DNA of 63,180 nt, the filler included, from Octopus bimaculoides (Eukaryota): NCBI RefSeq assembly GCF_001194135.2. It is 9 parts of 7 records of this genome, joined end to end, with 100 filler letters (N's around TTAATTAATTAA, not from the genome) between each part and the next. Parts side by side here need not be neighbours in the genome. Positions count along the whole stretch, not along the records: positions 11,648 to 38,752 come from NC_068997.1; 8 more parts are not named here. The stretch is one strand, 5' to 3'. Positions 14,397 through 28,620 of the stretch are shown here, piece by piece. The position numbers and the translations under genes were made by a program. A model generated the notes under the pieces. That model was given only the letters and a program-made list of their open reading frames with translations. It had not been told where the DNA came from and did no database searches. Position 1 is the stretch's first letter; each line of letters opens with the position of its first letter.

Positions 14397-14530
14397 TAAC
14401 ATACTATGTAGAATTCATGGGAAACCATATAACTCTACATGATGATGGATAAAATATAATAAAATAGCTCTAGTGATACTGGTCCCTGTTGTTGACAGAG
14501 CTTTCCTAACACCTTGCTAGTGTTAGGAGT

Positions 14531-14657
14531 GGAGACGCAATGGCCCAGTGGTTAGGGCAGCGGACTCGCGGTCATAGGATCGTGGTTTCGATTCCCAGAC
14601 CGGGCGTTATGAGTGTTTATTGAGCAAAAACACCTAAAGCTCTACGAGGCTCCGGCA
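14531..14657 (+). mobile_element. tRNA-derived SINE family D, 5' part
   Basis: TGGCCCAGTGG (A box) and GTTTCGATTCC (B box), then a non-tRNA body TTTATTGAGCAAAAACACCTAAAGC. No acceptor stem closure. Confidence 0.7.
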
Positions 14658-14842
14658 ATTCATTAATGGGTTGTGAAGAATAGGAAGGAAAAATGAAACC
14701 CTTAGCTAGAAATTCATGTATAAATTATCCAAATTTCAAGAAGGGGAAAAAATGATTGCTTGGGTAAATATATTTTTTCTTTTTAAAGTAAATTTAATTT
14801 TTAAAATATCTTTCAAATGTCTGATTCAAAATAACTGATTGA

Positions 14843-16362
<1,520 letters not shown>

Positions 16363-17585
16363 TAGGGTTTATTTCCTGCTGGCTATATTGATATAGGAGT
16401 TTTGCAAAACGAAAATTGGGGTGTGGGTGCAAAATTTTGCATTGAGAGGCCTCAAAGTAGACTAGCAGAAACTGAAGTTTTGTTCAGCCGGAAAGAAGAC
16501 AGTCCTATTACTGTGAGGAAAGGGGCCATGCTCCACATGCAGAAAAAGAGTCTGTAGGAATTTCACTATAGGTGCACAAAAATCGCAAGGGGACTGCAAG
16601 AAAGGGAGGCTTCATATGTGACAGTAAATTCAAAGAAGTAATTAGCAGTAAAAATAGAGTAAACCCTTTCGAATGCTCAGACAGTTCTCTAGAAATAGTT
16701 TATGTTATCATCATCGTCATTTAACATCCACCTACCATGTTGGCATGGGTTGGATGGTTTGACGGGAACTGACCAGGCAGAAGACTGCACCAGACTTCTC
16801 TCTGTTTTGGCACAATTTTTACGGCTGGATGCCATAACACCAGCCACCGCACAGAGTGGACTGAGTGCTTTTTACATGACACCAGCACAGGCAAGGTCAG
16901 TTTTGGCATAGTTTATACAGCTGGATGCCCTTCCAAATGCCACTCACTTTACAGTGTGAACTGAATGCTTTTTATGTGGCACCAGCACCAGCAGGGTTAC
17001 CAAGTGACTTGCAAGACAAAGAATCCTTGAAAGGGGAGGGGGCATTGGAGGAGTTGCAAAGGTTATGAGCAGCAGAAAATTTGGGGTTGAAAGCATTTTT
17101 ACCATATGCATGATAGCATTTAAGGGTATGTAACAAAGGGACAAAATGCATACATCATTAAAAATACTTTTACAAAATAAAATTATTGACTTACTCTTAT
17201 CCCTTTTGATACCAAAACACCCCCGGAGACTACTCATGGTTCTATTATGCACACTGCCCGATTTAAACTGTTCTAGATTAAAACCTTCCATCAAAATTTC
17301 ATGTTAATTTATATTCTAAATATTAGCTCATAATGATAAAGTTATGTTAATAAATTCTTCGTAATTTTCAAAATTAATTGAAATAAAAGCAGTGTATTTC
17401 ATTGGAAATATGATAATGAAAGAGTTAAAAATAACTTTGCTCTATCAAACATGCCAAGAATATTATTATTCCACAGTCCTTATGTGTGAAGTTCACTTTT
17501 TTTGAAAAATTAATTAGTTTTTGGAAGATTGACTTTTCATCCAGGAATATGATGATGCTACTTCTGTAGGGAGTTTAAAAATTAA

Positions 17586-17762
17586 TTCTTTAGCATTCAG
17601 ATTACTCTGTCAAATGTAATGCTTATTAATTCACAAATTTTATTAATTAATCATGCATTATCTTGTAGCTTTGAAATTTCAATGATGTGATTGTATATTT
17701 TTGGAACGACATTGAAGAGTGGGTGTGATAGGTTGGATATGGCCATTTTAAATGCTAAGGGG
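17586..17762. mobile_element. piggyBac-type MITE (family P2, opposite orientation)
   Basis: TTAA|TTCTTTAGCATTCAG...AATGCTAAGGGG|TTAA. Internal sequence is the reverse complement of 32141-32355. Confidence 0.7.
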
Positions 17763-18077
17763 TTAATCAAACGTATCTTAAAGGTGCAGTACAAAGAAAA
17801 GATTAGGGATCACTGTTCATGACTAAACCATAAAAATAAAGTAAACATGGTTTGTGTGTGTGAGAGAGATAGACAGACAGACAGACAGAAGCGTTATACT
17901 AATACATCTATTTGTTTTCAACACCACCTGTCTTCTTGTTTTTTTGTGAATTCTCCCTATATATAAATATATATATATATTTGAAGCTGGAGTTTCACTC
18001 TGTTGCTACTCTGAGTTTCATCAATTGTAATTTGTTTCTATTTTAATTGCTTTGTTTTGTTGTTCTCTCTTTTCCAG

Positions 18078-18141
18078 CCTGCTCCTGGACCTTACGACCA
18101 CTCTGTAGATGAGAGAGAACACTCTGTAGAGGAATGGAAAG
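18078..18141 (+). CDS. JNK: JNK coding exon, 64 nt
   Basis: Acceptor ctcttttccag|CCT, donor AAAG|gtattt. Translates PAPGPYDHSVDEREHSVEEWK, similar to vertebrate DEREHTIEEWK. Confidence 0.96.
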
Positions 18142-18877
18142 GTATTTTTACCTTTTTTATTTTTATTTTCATCCTTAAATACAATATATTCCCTTGTGGG
18201 TGTTGCTTCCACCCTTACAACATCCACTTATCCATGTATGCATAGATCAGGTGGAATTTGTTGAGGCAGGTTTTTCTATGGCCAGATGCTCTTCTTGTTA
18301 CCAACCATCACAATGACTGACCAGTTGCATCTTAGCAGAGAATCTCCAAACTACTGTCTCAATATTCTCTCCTGGCACATTGTTGTACTTGAGAAGACCT
18401 GACCACCGCAACAGAATGGAAATCCTAAAGCCAAGATGCCACATGAAAAGCATTGGTGTGGTTGCTGGTGCCACATAAAAAGCTTTGGTGTGGTTGCTGG
18501 TGCCATGTAAAAAGCATCCGGCACATTCTGTGGAGTGGTTGGCATTAAAAAAGGCATCCAGCCATAGAAACCAAACCAACGCAGGCTATGGAATCTGGTG
18601 CAGCCTTTGGCCTTGCCGATTCCTGTGAAGCCATCCAACCCATGCCAGCATTGGAACACAGACATTAAATGTTGGTGATGGTGATGACGATGATGGTCAG
18701 TTACTGTAAGACTTGCACATTGATGGCTCAGTAAAAATATATTCTGTACATACATTGAATTCATTTTCTTTCGGAAGTAACCAAAATTCCAATTTTAAAA
18801 AGAAATAAAGTAAAAGATAGAAAACGCAAACCCATCTTCGACTAATATTTGTATTTCCCTGTTGTTTCTACTTTCAG

Positions 18878-18952
18878 AACTTATATATGATGAAGTAAAA
18901 AAATATGAAAACAAAGATAATCAAATAACAAATGCTATGCAAAATCTCTCAG
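18878..18952 (+). CDS. JNK: JNK coding exon, 75 nt
   Basis: Acceptor ctactttcag|AA, donor TCAG|gtaagc. Translates (E)LIYDEVKKYENKDNQITNAMQNLS, similar to vertebrate ELIYKEV. Confidence 0.93.
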
Positions 18953-19677
18953 GTAAGCTAAAAGGTATATTGACACTCTTTACTTTTTTCTGGAAGTTCC
19001 TTTTATGTTGTATTATTATTATTATTGTATTATTTCACATAAATTGGGAAACCACTACCATAACTTGGTGCTATTTTAGATCCGTAAAGAATTTCGCTGT
19101 AATATGATGGCAGTTTAGAGAGGGGAGGGGTAGAGTAGGATCCGTTGTCAATAGCCTTGTACACCAATGGAATTAGTTCCTTGATGAACTTAGTCAACGA
19201 TATGGTTTCATTTCTCAGATGAAGTCACTTATTTTCCTTAAATTACTCATTGCTTTTTGGAAGGCATGGATGTTATAACTTATTGCCTTCCCTTGAAAAT
19301 GCCTATACACAAACACACATGCACAGCAATAGCTATTATATTGTGTTGGTTAAGATCATGTTCAACATTCTCAAGAAAATTATTTTAGATAACTTCTGTC
19401 TGCTTTCCTTTTGATATATACATATCATATAATATGTGTGTGTGTGTGTGTGTGTAAGAGGTTAGCTTGGAGAGCTGCATTTCCTCACGTTCGGTAAAAA
19501 TGTGTTTATTATGGTAGTTTTGACCTTGGAGTCCTTCTAAGCGTGAGGCATTATTGTACAGTGATGCCCTTATATAAATAAATATATTTTGTGGAATAAA
19601 TGATTTTTCCCTTATGAGGTTTTTTTCACGCTGGCTACTTGATAAATTCTTATAAAAGATTTTATCTTAATATTGAA

Positions 19678-19713
<36 letters not shown>

Positions 19714-20261
19714 ACACCATTTAATATCCATTTTCTATGCTGGCATGGGTTGGATGGTTTTAACAGAAGTTGGCAAGCCAGAGGACTGCATCAAGTTGTA
19801 ATGTCACTTTACAGAGCATATTGTGTGCTTTTTCTGTGGCACCAGCAAGATCACCAAGTAATTTGCTAGACAAAGACACCCCCCCCCCTTCAACTGAGAG
19901 GAGGAGTATTGAGAGAGGGGACTTTATGCCAGTTGAAGAGAGATTAGAGTGTGATAGAGGAACAGAAATAGATGTGTAGCTGCAGAGGAGAGATATGGCT
20001 GCCCCACTTGGAGGGGAGAGGATGAGGGGTGGCAGGGAAGATGTGTTGGAGCTCAAGGTACAGGGAGATGAATACAAGGGAAGGGGAAGGGAGATTGGAT
20101 ACAGTAAATAGGCAGGTAAATTTGCGAGTGTGCGAAAGGAGAGATGAGATGAATGCAGTGACTGGTGAACACAGATGGCTTGAGGGTTAGATAGCTGAGT
20201 TGTTGAGCAGAGATTCAGACACAGACTGATTGTGTACAGAGGTATAGACATAAATAAGCAA

Positions 20262-20478
20262 CATTCCTTTAGGGCCACATTTCTGCTTAGATGCACAGGT
20301 CTTTTAAAGCACAGCATTTTGCCAATCATCTCACACCTTTGTCATCTCCTCTGTAAGGCTTAACATCTGAAGGTCATTTTTCACCACTCTGTCTGTCTCA
20401 CATTTTCCTGGGTCTCCCTTTTTCTGTATGTTCTATCCAATCCACATTTAGTAACTGGCACTTCCTTATGCTTTGTTT
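20262..20478 (-). mobile_element. Decayed RTE ORF 3' end
   Basis: Interrupted translation ...GRPRK..DRVVKNDLQMLSLTEEMTK..DDWQNAVL*K resembles the RTE C-terminus GRPRKTWDEVVKxDL. Confidence 0.6.
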
Positions 20479-21046
20479 ATACCAGCCATTCAACAGTGTG
20501 AAAAAAAAAGGGTGTCTGTCAGTAGTGAAACCACTTTGCTTTCAGTCTCATGGCCACAAGTTTTGCTTCAGCAGTCTCATTGCCACAATAACTGCAGTTT
20601 ATGATATGAAAAAACAAAAAAAGACTTAAGTCTGCAAAAGTACCATTGCAATTCAGTAATATAATGAAAGTTGGTATACACCAAATTGGGTTTCTGCTCA
20701 AGAAACCAATTTAAAATAGTGATCAATTAGTATAAACATCAAGTTAGAAGTCAGACAGTGTCAGCTGGTTCAAATCTGGGAAACATTTCATCAGAAGTAA
20801 GATAAAATCTTATAAAGATAATTAATTTTCTCTTTCTCTGGTTATAAAATTAGTTCTTCTCCCTCTACTCATCTCTTTCCGTCTATCTATTACATAAATG
20901 TTATTACAGGTTTTTACAAAGTTTTACTGTACAGTTACATTACACAGACTTTCATATATTTCTCACATTTAAAGACGGCTGAGATCTTGATATTACATAT
21001 GCTTTTTGATACACTGCCATTAGAGAAATGACTTCGACACCTTTGC

Positions 21047-21090
<44 letters not shown>

Positions 21091-21414
21091 GTAGCTGCAC
21101 AATGAGTTGCCAGTGTAAATATTATGTACACAAAAGGTATTGTAAGACCCTGGGTCCTACTGCACTGAGCCTCATTAACAGATGGGATGAAGACTGTTGA
21201 CTGTTTAGATGTGTTATTGCTACCTGTTGGAAATCGTTAAGATTTGATCAGTCTTTTTATTGCCATATTCCTGTTGAAGTACATTGCCTTTGTTTCAGTT
21301 AATTGTGAAAATATTAAAGAATTTAATAAAATAACTTTGTCATTATTGATATGGCGTTTGGAACATAAATTAGCTGGAAATGTTAATGGATGGTTTCAAT
21401 TTAGACCATTTTAA

Positions 21415-21621
21415 CCCTTTTGTTATCATATTTCTGTTGAAATAGACTACTTATGTTTCAGTTGATTTTGAAAATATTACAGAATTTAGTAAAATAACTT
21501 TGTCATTATTAACATGGTGCTTAGAACATAAATTAACATGAAATTTTCACAAAAGGTTTTACTGGAGCTCACTTCAAAACAGGAACTAGGGGTAGTCTTG
21601 GGTTGGTTGGTATCAAAAGGG
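21415..21621. mobile_element. piggyBac-type MITE (family P1)
   Basis: TTAA|CCCTTTTGTTATCA...TGGTATCAAAAGGG|TTAA. A decayed second copy lies immediately upstream (~21250-21410). Confidence 0.8.
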
Positions 21622-24146
21622 TTAAAGAAGCTGTCATGTAACTTGTTGAATGGCATTGGGATTGTCTGAACCTTCCAAATGATAGACCACATGAGGTTAA
21701 AATTCCATCTGTTGAGCATGGTGTTGTTCTGCGTAGCAGTATTTGTCTAATGGCTCTTCAGGATTATTTCTAATTATATCATTCTTTGTTTCTGTATGCA
21801 TGAAAAGATTGTTGTATCGTCACTTTGTTGTTCTTTTCCGAGATTGTTTGCACAATAGCATCTTCCTTGTCGTCATCAGCATTTAATGTCTATTTTCCAT
21901 GCTGTCGTTAGTTGGTTGGTGCAAGAGGAGCCTGTGAGCCAGAGGACTACACCGAATCTCTGATTTGGTATGGTTTCTACAGCTGGATGCCCTTCCTAAC
22001 ACCAATTTGTCTGTACCAGATCTTTTCTGTAAGAAGTTTCTCGTACACAGAACTCCCAACTCCATAATTATAATGTTTTAGTCAAAAGTCATGTAACGAT
22101 TAGCCTTTTCAAAGTCTCTATCAACAGTACACTTATGCTTTGTATCTTGTTTCATTTATGATTTTGAAAGTTTGGGAGTGAGATGGTTGTGGTTTTCTGT
22201 TATGATTTTAAAAAATCTTTCACTTTCAGCTTTGTCATTTTTTTCACAAGCTCTAATTAACCACCACTGTATTCAAACCATGTGCTCATGATGGCTGTGC
22301 CCCAGCTTGGCCACAGCACCCTGCCTGGAACCAGCAAAAGAGTATCTTCGGGCTTAATATTCAGCTTTTAGTGTACCAACCAGAGATCTATATTTGTAAT
22401 ATTACAGTCCAGTAGCTACATTTGATTGTCATAAAGTAATTACATTGGGGTATTTTTTTGTATTTCATCTCTAACGCTTTGATTATTGTTTGTATTATTA
22501 ACTTAACATTTTTTTTTTCTTCTGTTGAGTTTTTCTTTCCCCCTCCCCCAATTCCTCTAAGCTTCAGGGTTTTTGAACCCAGTTTCACTTCGACAATAAA
22601 TCTTACTATCTCTTTGTTGGTGAAGAATAAGTTTCTTTGTGTTACTGTGTGTATGTGTGTGTGCATGTGCACACGCGTTCATGCACACACAAAATAATTA
22701 GTGACAAGCAGTATTAATACCAAAAAGGTAATTTTTATCCCCACTTAAGTGGATGTTGTGTTAGAACAAAGTATACTGCATTATTCCCCATGAGAGAACC
22801 TCTCACATGGACTTGTGGTGCAAATAAGCACACATGTTCATATTGCTAGGAGATAATTGTCTGCTATTGCTGTTGAGACTTACAGATCATGTGGTTTCGG
22901 CCTTCTTTGGCCTTGTCAATGATAGATGCCCAAGGCTAGAGATAGCAGCGATTCCTCTGTCAGTGATTTGTATAGAATCTCAGTGTCTATTCAGGCACAG
23001 ATGTCGCACATAGCCAGTGAGCTTATTAAAAAAATAATTAATAGCGATCCCTCATCATCTCTCCATCATTGTTGCATGACCAGTTTTCCATTTTAGCATG
23101 GGTTAGATGGATCTCACAACAACAAAGAAAATTGCCTGTCTTTGTTGGTATGGCATATTTTCAAGCATGGATTTTACAACTAAATACCCTTCCTATCATC
23201 AACCACTTCATATGCACTGGGGGCATTTTATATCTTGCCACTGGCTTTAGAGAGGTTGTCTGCACTGGGGTTCAATGGTCTCCTCTACTTTGTACCAGGT
23301 TTTGTTCAGTTTCTCCTCTTTGACACATGCTCTTTAATATACATATATATATAGTGACTTTGAAGTTTTGTCTTATTCACTTTCATCAGACTGTCAAGGC
23401 GAGCAAGTTAGAACTTCAAAGTCACTGTTACCTTTTTCTTTGTGAAAGTCAATAGATATGTACTCCACCACAAAGTATTGAGTAATCCTTAAGTTTAATA
23501 TTTAATAGTTTCTATATAAACCATTTCATAAAAACACATTAATATATGATAGATAGATAGATTGATAGATATAATGTTACCAAGATGGCTTTCAGAGTTG
23601 AGATTTTTGAAGTTCTTTGACATCGTAATGCTGGATGGAGGGGCATTATCAGTTTAAGATAAATTTCTGCAGGAAAGTCTAAGATGCATAGGTGACAGTG
23701 GGAGAAGTTGCTAAGGTGTCAACCAGGTACATTGTAAAGATCACACCCTCCTGTTTCCCCACTCCCCTTTACCAAGGATGTTTAGGAGATGTCCTCTCTC
23801 TGTTGGTGGGCCATACAGAGAACCAGAATGAAAAAACTGAAATTGGGTTTTTTGGGGTTTTTTTTTTTTCTCTCCCCATTATCATCTGCAAGTATTACCT
23901 GAAGTGGGATGTGAGGATAAGGAGAGAAGATGTGTCCTGTAATAAATTTTATGAAAGCTAGATGAGTGTAACAGGATCAGTGTAAGTGAAAGAGTCAGTT
24001 GCGATCCGTTTCACTTGAAATTTATAGAAAGTAGGTATTTTATCCATATAAGGGGGTGATTAGGGTTTTGGAGCACTCTAAACCACAGATCCTTTATTTG
24101 TATGTGTGTATTAATTGTGCACTTATTTCACGTTTATATCTTTCAC

Positions 24147-24179
<33 letters not shown>

Positions 24180-24875
24180 TATATATATATACACACATGC
24201 ACCTTCATGTACACTAAAGGTATGTTTATATTTAATCATATTTTTGACATTACAATATATTATCAACTTTGCCTATATAGCAAATTATTATTATTATTAT
24301 TGTTTTTATTATTATTATTATTATCATTATTATTATCTATTATTTGGTTGTGGATTGGCAGAATTGTTTGAGTGTCATACAAAATGCTTAGCAGCATGTC
24401 TTCCAGTTCTTTATGCTCTGAGATCAAATCCCGCTGAGGTCGACTTTGCCTTTCATCCTTTCTGGGTTGATAAAATATAGTACCAGTCAAGTATGGGATC
24501 ATTGTAATCAGCTAACACCCTCTCCCTAAAAGATTCCTTGCTTTGTGCCAACATTTGAAACATCATCACCATCATCATCATCATTATTATTATTATTATT
24601 ATTATTATTGGGTGGGTTGGTTGGTAGATTGGAGCATCAGGCAAAAAACCTTGTTGGCTGTTTTTATGTTCTGAGTTTAACTCCCACCAATTTCATCCTT
24701 TCTAGGTCAATAAAATAAAGTACCCATCAAAGTACTGAGGTCAATTGCACTGACTAACCCCACCCCGCTAATTTCATGTATTGTGCCTATATTAGAAACA
24801 ATATTATTCTTGGGGAGTACAGTAACCAAGTGGATAGGCTAGAGTATCTATTTTACCTCTTCCTGTATCATTTAG

Positions 24876-24914
<39 letters not shown>

Positions 24915-25550
24915 CATTGAATCCTTAGTAGGGGTGATGAAGATGAGGAGGTGTTATTCAACTTACCAATGTGTAAATCTTAAGAGCAGGTATATTGCAG
25001 GTGTTGCATGGTATCTCTGAGCTCAGCTTTTAAACAGTGATTAATTAACTGAACTGCTGAAAATAGAAACCTTAGATCTTTGATATGTTACCTGCCTGCT
25101 TTAACCCTTTAGTATCCAGCCCAAATTTTCTACCCATTGTATGTTCAAACTGGCCAGATCCAGTTTCTCATATATCCCCTGTGATATCATTCTCAAAATA
25201 AAGATACAAGTCATCAAAATATCAGAGCTTCAAATTAATGCCAAGATAAAGCCCTTTCTGCCTATATTGTAAATGCTATAGAATTTTCTACATTTGAAGT
25301 GGAGATTGATTTCTTTTGTAATGACCAATATGACTTCTTCAGCAAGTGGCAATTATGACTTTGGAAGGATTACTCTTGAAGACTTACAAAATATAAACAA
25401 GAAAGAAAACATTTGTCTTCAGATGAATCAGATATAGATGTTTCTGAATTTGTCCAACAGGAACAAGTATTTTGATAGCAAAAGTCTTGAAGTTCTTCAC
25501 GGTGCCATTCAAAATATTACAACATGGTCAAACAATACAGCACCAATGTA

Positions 25551-25951
25551 TACTCTTTACTCTTTTACTTGTTTCAGTCATTTGACTGCGGCCATGCTGG
25601 AGCACCGCTTTTAGTCGAGCAAATTGATCCCAGGACTTATTCTTTGTAAGCCTAGTACTTATTCTTTCGGTCTCTTTTGCTGAACCGCTAAGTGATGGAG
25701 ACATAAACACACCAGCATCAGTTGTCAAGCCATGCTAGAGGGACAAACACAGACACACAAACACACACACACACACATATATATACATATATACGACGGG
25801 CTTCTTTCAGTTTCCGTCTACCAAATCCACTCACCAGGCTTTGGTCAGCCCGAGGCTATAGTAGAAGACACTTGCCCAAGGTGCCACGCAGTGGGACTGA
25901 ACCCAGAACCATGTGGTTGGTAAGCAAGCTACTTACCACACAGCCACTCCT
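25551..25951 (-). mobile_element. SINE family A (tRNA-headed, internal microsatellite), full copy
   Basis: Minus strand starts AGGAGTGGCTGTGTGGTAAG...GGTTCAGTCCC (A/B-box-like) and has a (CA/TA)n core and a TAAAAGAG tail. Related copies at ~12170-12330, 15500-15639, 15642-15730, 56018-56386, 56490-56848 and 63005-63110. Confidence 0.8.
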
Positions 25952-26788
25952 GCGCCTATTAAAGTCAAGGTGAAGGTTCTGGCGAACCTGCTGAGAAAAT
26001 TTGAAATCTGCACACAAAAAAAAAATAATAAATAAGTTACAAGCAAACATTGTTGATAACCCTCTTCATCATGACTAATTCAAAGCATTACCTTTGACAT
26101 AGTAATCTAAATTGGCATCTTACTGAAGGGTAAGTTTACCTCATATCCACTTGTCACTAAACCTTTATCAATCTCTTAGGAGACAGTGAACCTCATTTTT
26201 TTTCTTCCCAAACTGCATCCCTAAACCAGAGATTTAACTCAACTTATCAAACATTAACCCGTTAGCATTTAAACTAGTCATATCCAGCCTCTCACACCTA
26301 CCCAACAATATCATTGTAAAAATAAACAACCACATCAAGGAAATCCCAAAGCTATAAGATAATGCCTGACTAATTTTAAACAATGTGAATAAGTAAGGAT
26401 TACATTTGACAGTAATCTGAATACCAAAGACAGATTAACAACAGATTATCACATCTGGGTTTTTTTTCACTAACTATTTAACCAATTTTCTTAAATCTTT
26501 ACTTTCCTACATCTTTAGATGAAAATAGCTTTTCAATTGGTACGTTTCCCCCAAAAGATTTTTATGCTTTTTTTTTTTTACTGGGGTTGTTTTCCCTCCC
26601 TTTTTTTCTATATATTTTTTTTTTTTTTTTACAAAATAATTTTAGAAGTTTTTATTTCAAATAATTTTAGAAGTTTTCATTTCAAAACAAATCTAAGACT
26701 GAATATCAAACAAACAAAAAATAAATAAATAAAGTAATTGTGTGTTGGGTTTCTCTAAGAAAGGGTCCTCCTCTTATCCTTTCTGCAG

Positions 26789-26850
26789 TGTAGTTTGGGA
26801 AGAACCTACCACTGCCACAGCATGAAGACAGGCAAGCAGAGATCATATCG
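26789..26850 (+). other. Candidate alternative JNK cassette exon with tandem acceptors
   Basis: cctcttatcctttctgcag|TGTAG|TTTGGG...ATATCG|gtgagt: good acceptor, a second AG 5 nt downstream, and a consensus donor. Sequence is non-repetitive. No transcript evidence. Confidence 0.35.
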
Positions 26851-26929
26851 GTGAGTTTTTTCCTTTTTCCCTTCATTGCTTCCGTCTCTCCCGGGGCTTA
26901 TCACAGCTTTAGTGACCTTCATTCATTAT

Positions 26930-28140
26930 TATTATTATTATTATTCGTCTTTACATTCTGCATTCAAATTCTGCCAAGGTCACCATTGCCTTTCCTCCTT
27001 TCGGGTTTGATCAAATAAGTACCCAGTTGAACACTGGAGGCCTGATATAATCGACTTACCTCCTCCTTTGAAATTGCTGGCCTTGTGCCAAAATTATTAT
27101 TATTATTCTTATTATTATTAGCACATCAGACAAAATGCTTCGTGGCATTTCATCCATCTTTACATTCTGGGTTCAAATTCCACTGAAGTCAGGTTTGCCT
27201 TTCATCTTTTTAGGATTAATAAAGTAAGTACCACTTAAGGAGTGGGTCAGGGGATCAACTAGCCCCCTCCCCACAAAATTTCAGGCCTTGTGCCTATCGT
27301 AGAAAGGATTATTATTATTATTATTATTATTATGGTAATGAGCTGGCAGAATCATAAGTACATCAGACAAAATGTTTAGTGGCATTTATTCTGGCTCTTA
27401 ATGTTCTAAGGTGGTGAGCTGGCAGAGACGTTAGCATGCCAAGTGAAATGCTTAACAGTATTTTGTCTATCTTTCCGTTCTGAGTTCAAATTCCACCGAG
27501 GACGACTTTGCCTTTCATCCTTTTGGGGGTCGATAAATTAAGTACCAGTTGTGTACTGGGGTCGATCTAATCAACTATCCTCCTCCCCAAAGATGTCCGG
27601 TCTTGTGCCTAGAGTAGAAAAGAATGTTCTAAGTTCAAATCTCGCCAGGACCAACTTTACCTTTTATCCCTCCAGGGTCAATAAAATAAAGAAACAGTCA
27701 AGTACTGGGATTGATAGTATCAAATAATCCCTTCCCCTCAAAATTTCTGACTTGGTGTTTTCAAAGATCATATTCTGTCGAGGTTGACTTTGCCTTTCAT
27801 CCTTTTGGGGGTTGATAAATTAAGTACCAGTGAAACACTGGGGTCGATGTAATCAACTAGTCTTCTCTCCCAAAATTTCAGACCTTGTGTCTATAGTAGA
27901 AAGGATTATTATTATTAAGGCAATAAGCTAGCAGAATCATCAGTATGCCAGACAAAATACTTAGCTGCATTTCATCCATCTTTACATTCTCAATTGAAAC
28001 CCCATGAAGGGCCAATTTTGCCTTTCAATCCTTTCAGGGTCAATAAAGTACCAGTTGAGCACTAGGGTTAATGTAAGTGACTGGTCCCCTCCCCCAAAAT
28101 TTCAGGTCATGTACCTATAGTAGAAAGGATTGTTATCGTT
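26930..28140 (+). repeat. Head-to-tail cluster of about 7 SINE family B copies or fragments
   Basis: Repeated ctttgcctttcatcc / aagtaccag / ccctcccc.aaaatttc units, several separated by (ATT)n. Confidence 0.8.
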
Positions 28141-28348
28141 ATTACTATTTATTAACAGTTGGGAAGTTTGTGACCGATGGAAACTGAGCGAGACTAACTG
28201 ACTCCCTGTATTTAATTATGTCCTGAATGCAAATCCTGTCTGGATCAACTTTGCCACTCAATCAGAAAAGTAAGATACTAGTCCTGTTAGTTAGTCCATC
28301 CATCGTTGTCGATACTGACCAAGGATATCATATGGGAGAAGATGGGGT

Positions 28349-28620
28349 TCAGTGTGTCTGGCTGTGCCCAATCAGCCTGATGTGTACTTGTAAGGCCCTG
28401 CCACACGTTGGGCACTGGTGGTCTGCTGGGATTGAAGGCAAGGAGCTGGCTCTGGACTTACCCAATTCACATTTACTTTGTGCCCTTGCTATCCTGGTCT
28501 GTTCATAGGAAGTAGCATCTCTGTTGGTGCAACCTTGTGTTTGCATTTCCCAACTGTTGGGATTGCTCTCAAAGTTCTTCAGTGAGGCTTTGAGCGTATC
28601 TTGAAGGCAAGTGTACACAA
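28349..28620 (-). mobile_element. RTE/BovB-like LINE 3' end with C2H2 finger
   Basis: LQDTLKASLKNF..NPNSWE...HQCPTCGRALQVHIRLIGHSQTH* matches the BovB-type C-terminal CPxCGRxF..HxRxH motif. Confidence 0.8.

Noticed and set aside
14531-14610. tRNA-like sequence with A and B boxes
   Set aside because: No acceptor stem or cloverleaf closure. It continues into a SINE body with related copies elsewhere.
22230-22291. Possible alternative terminal JNK exon (cactttcag| or tcacaag| giving ...ALINHHCIQTMCS*)
   Set aside because: Phase-compatible, but such short acceptor-to-stop matches are expected by chance in an 18-kb intron. No homology or other support.
24934-25020. GTGATGA...CTGA spaced like a C/D snoRNA
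   Set aside because: No terminal stem, no clear C'/D' boxes, and no rRNA complementarity of 10 nt or more that I could recognise.
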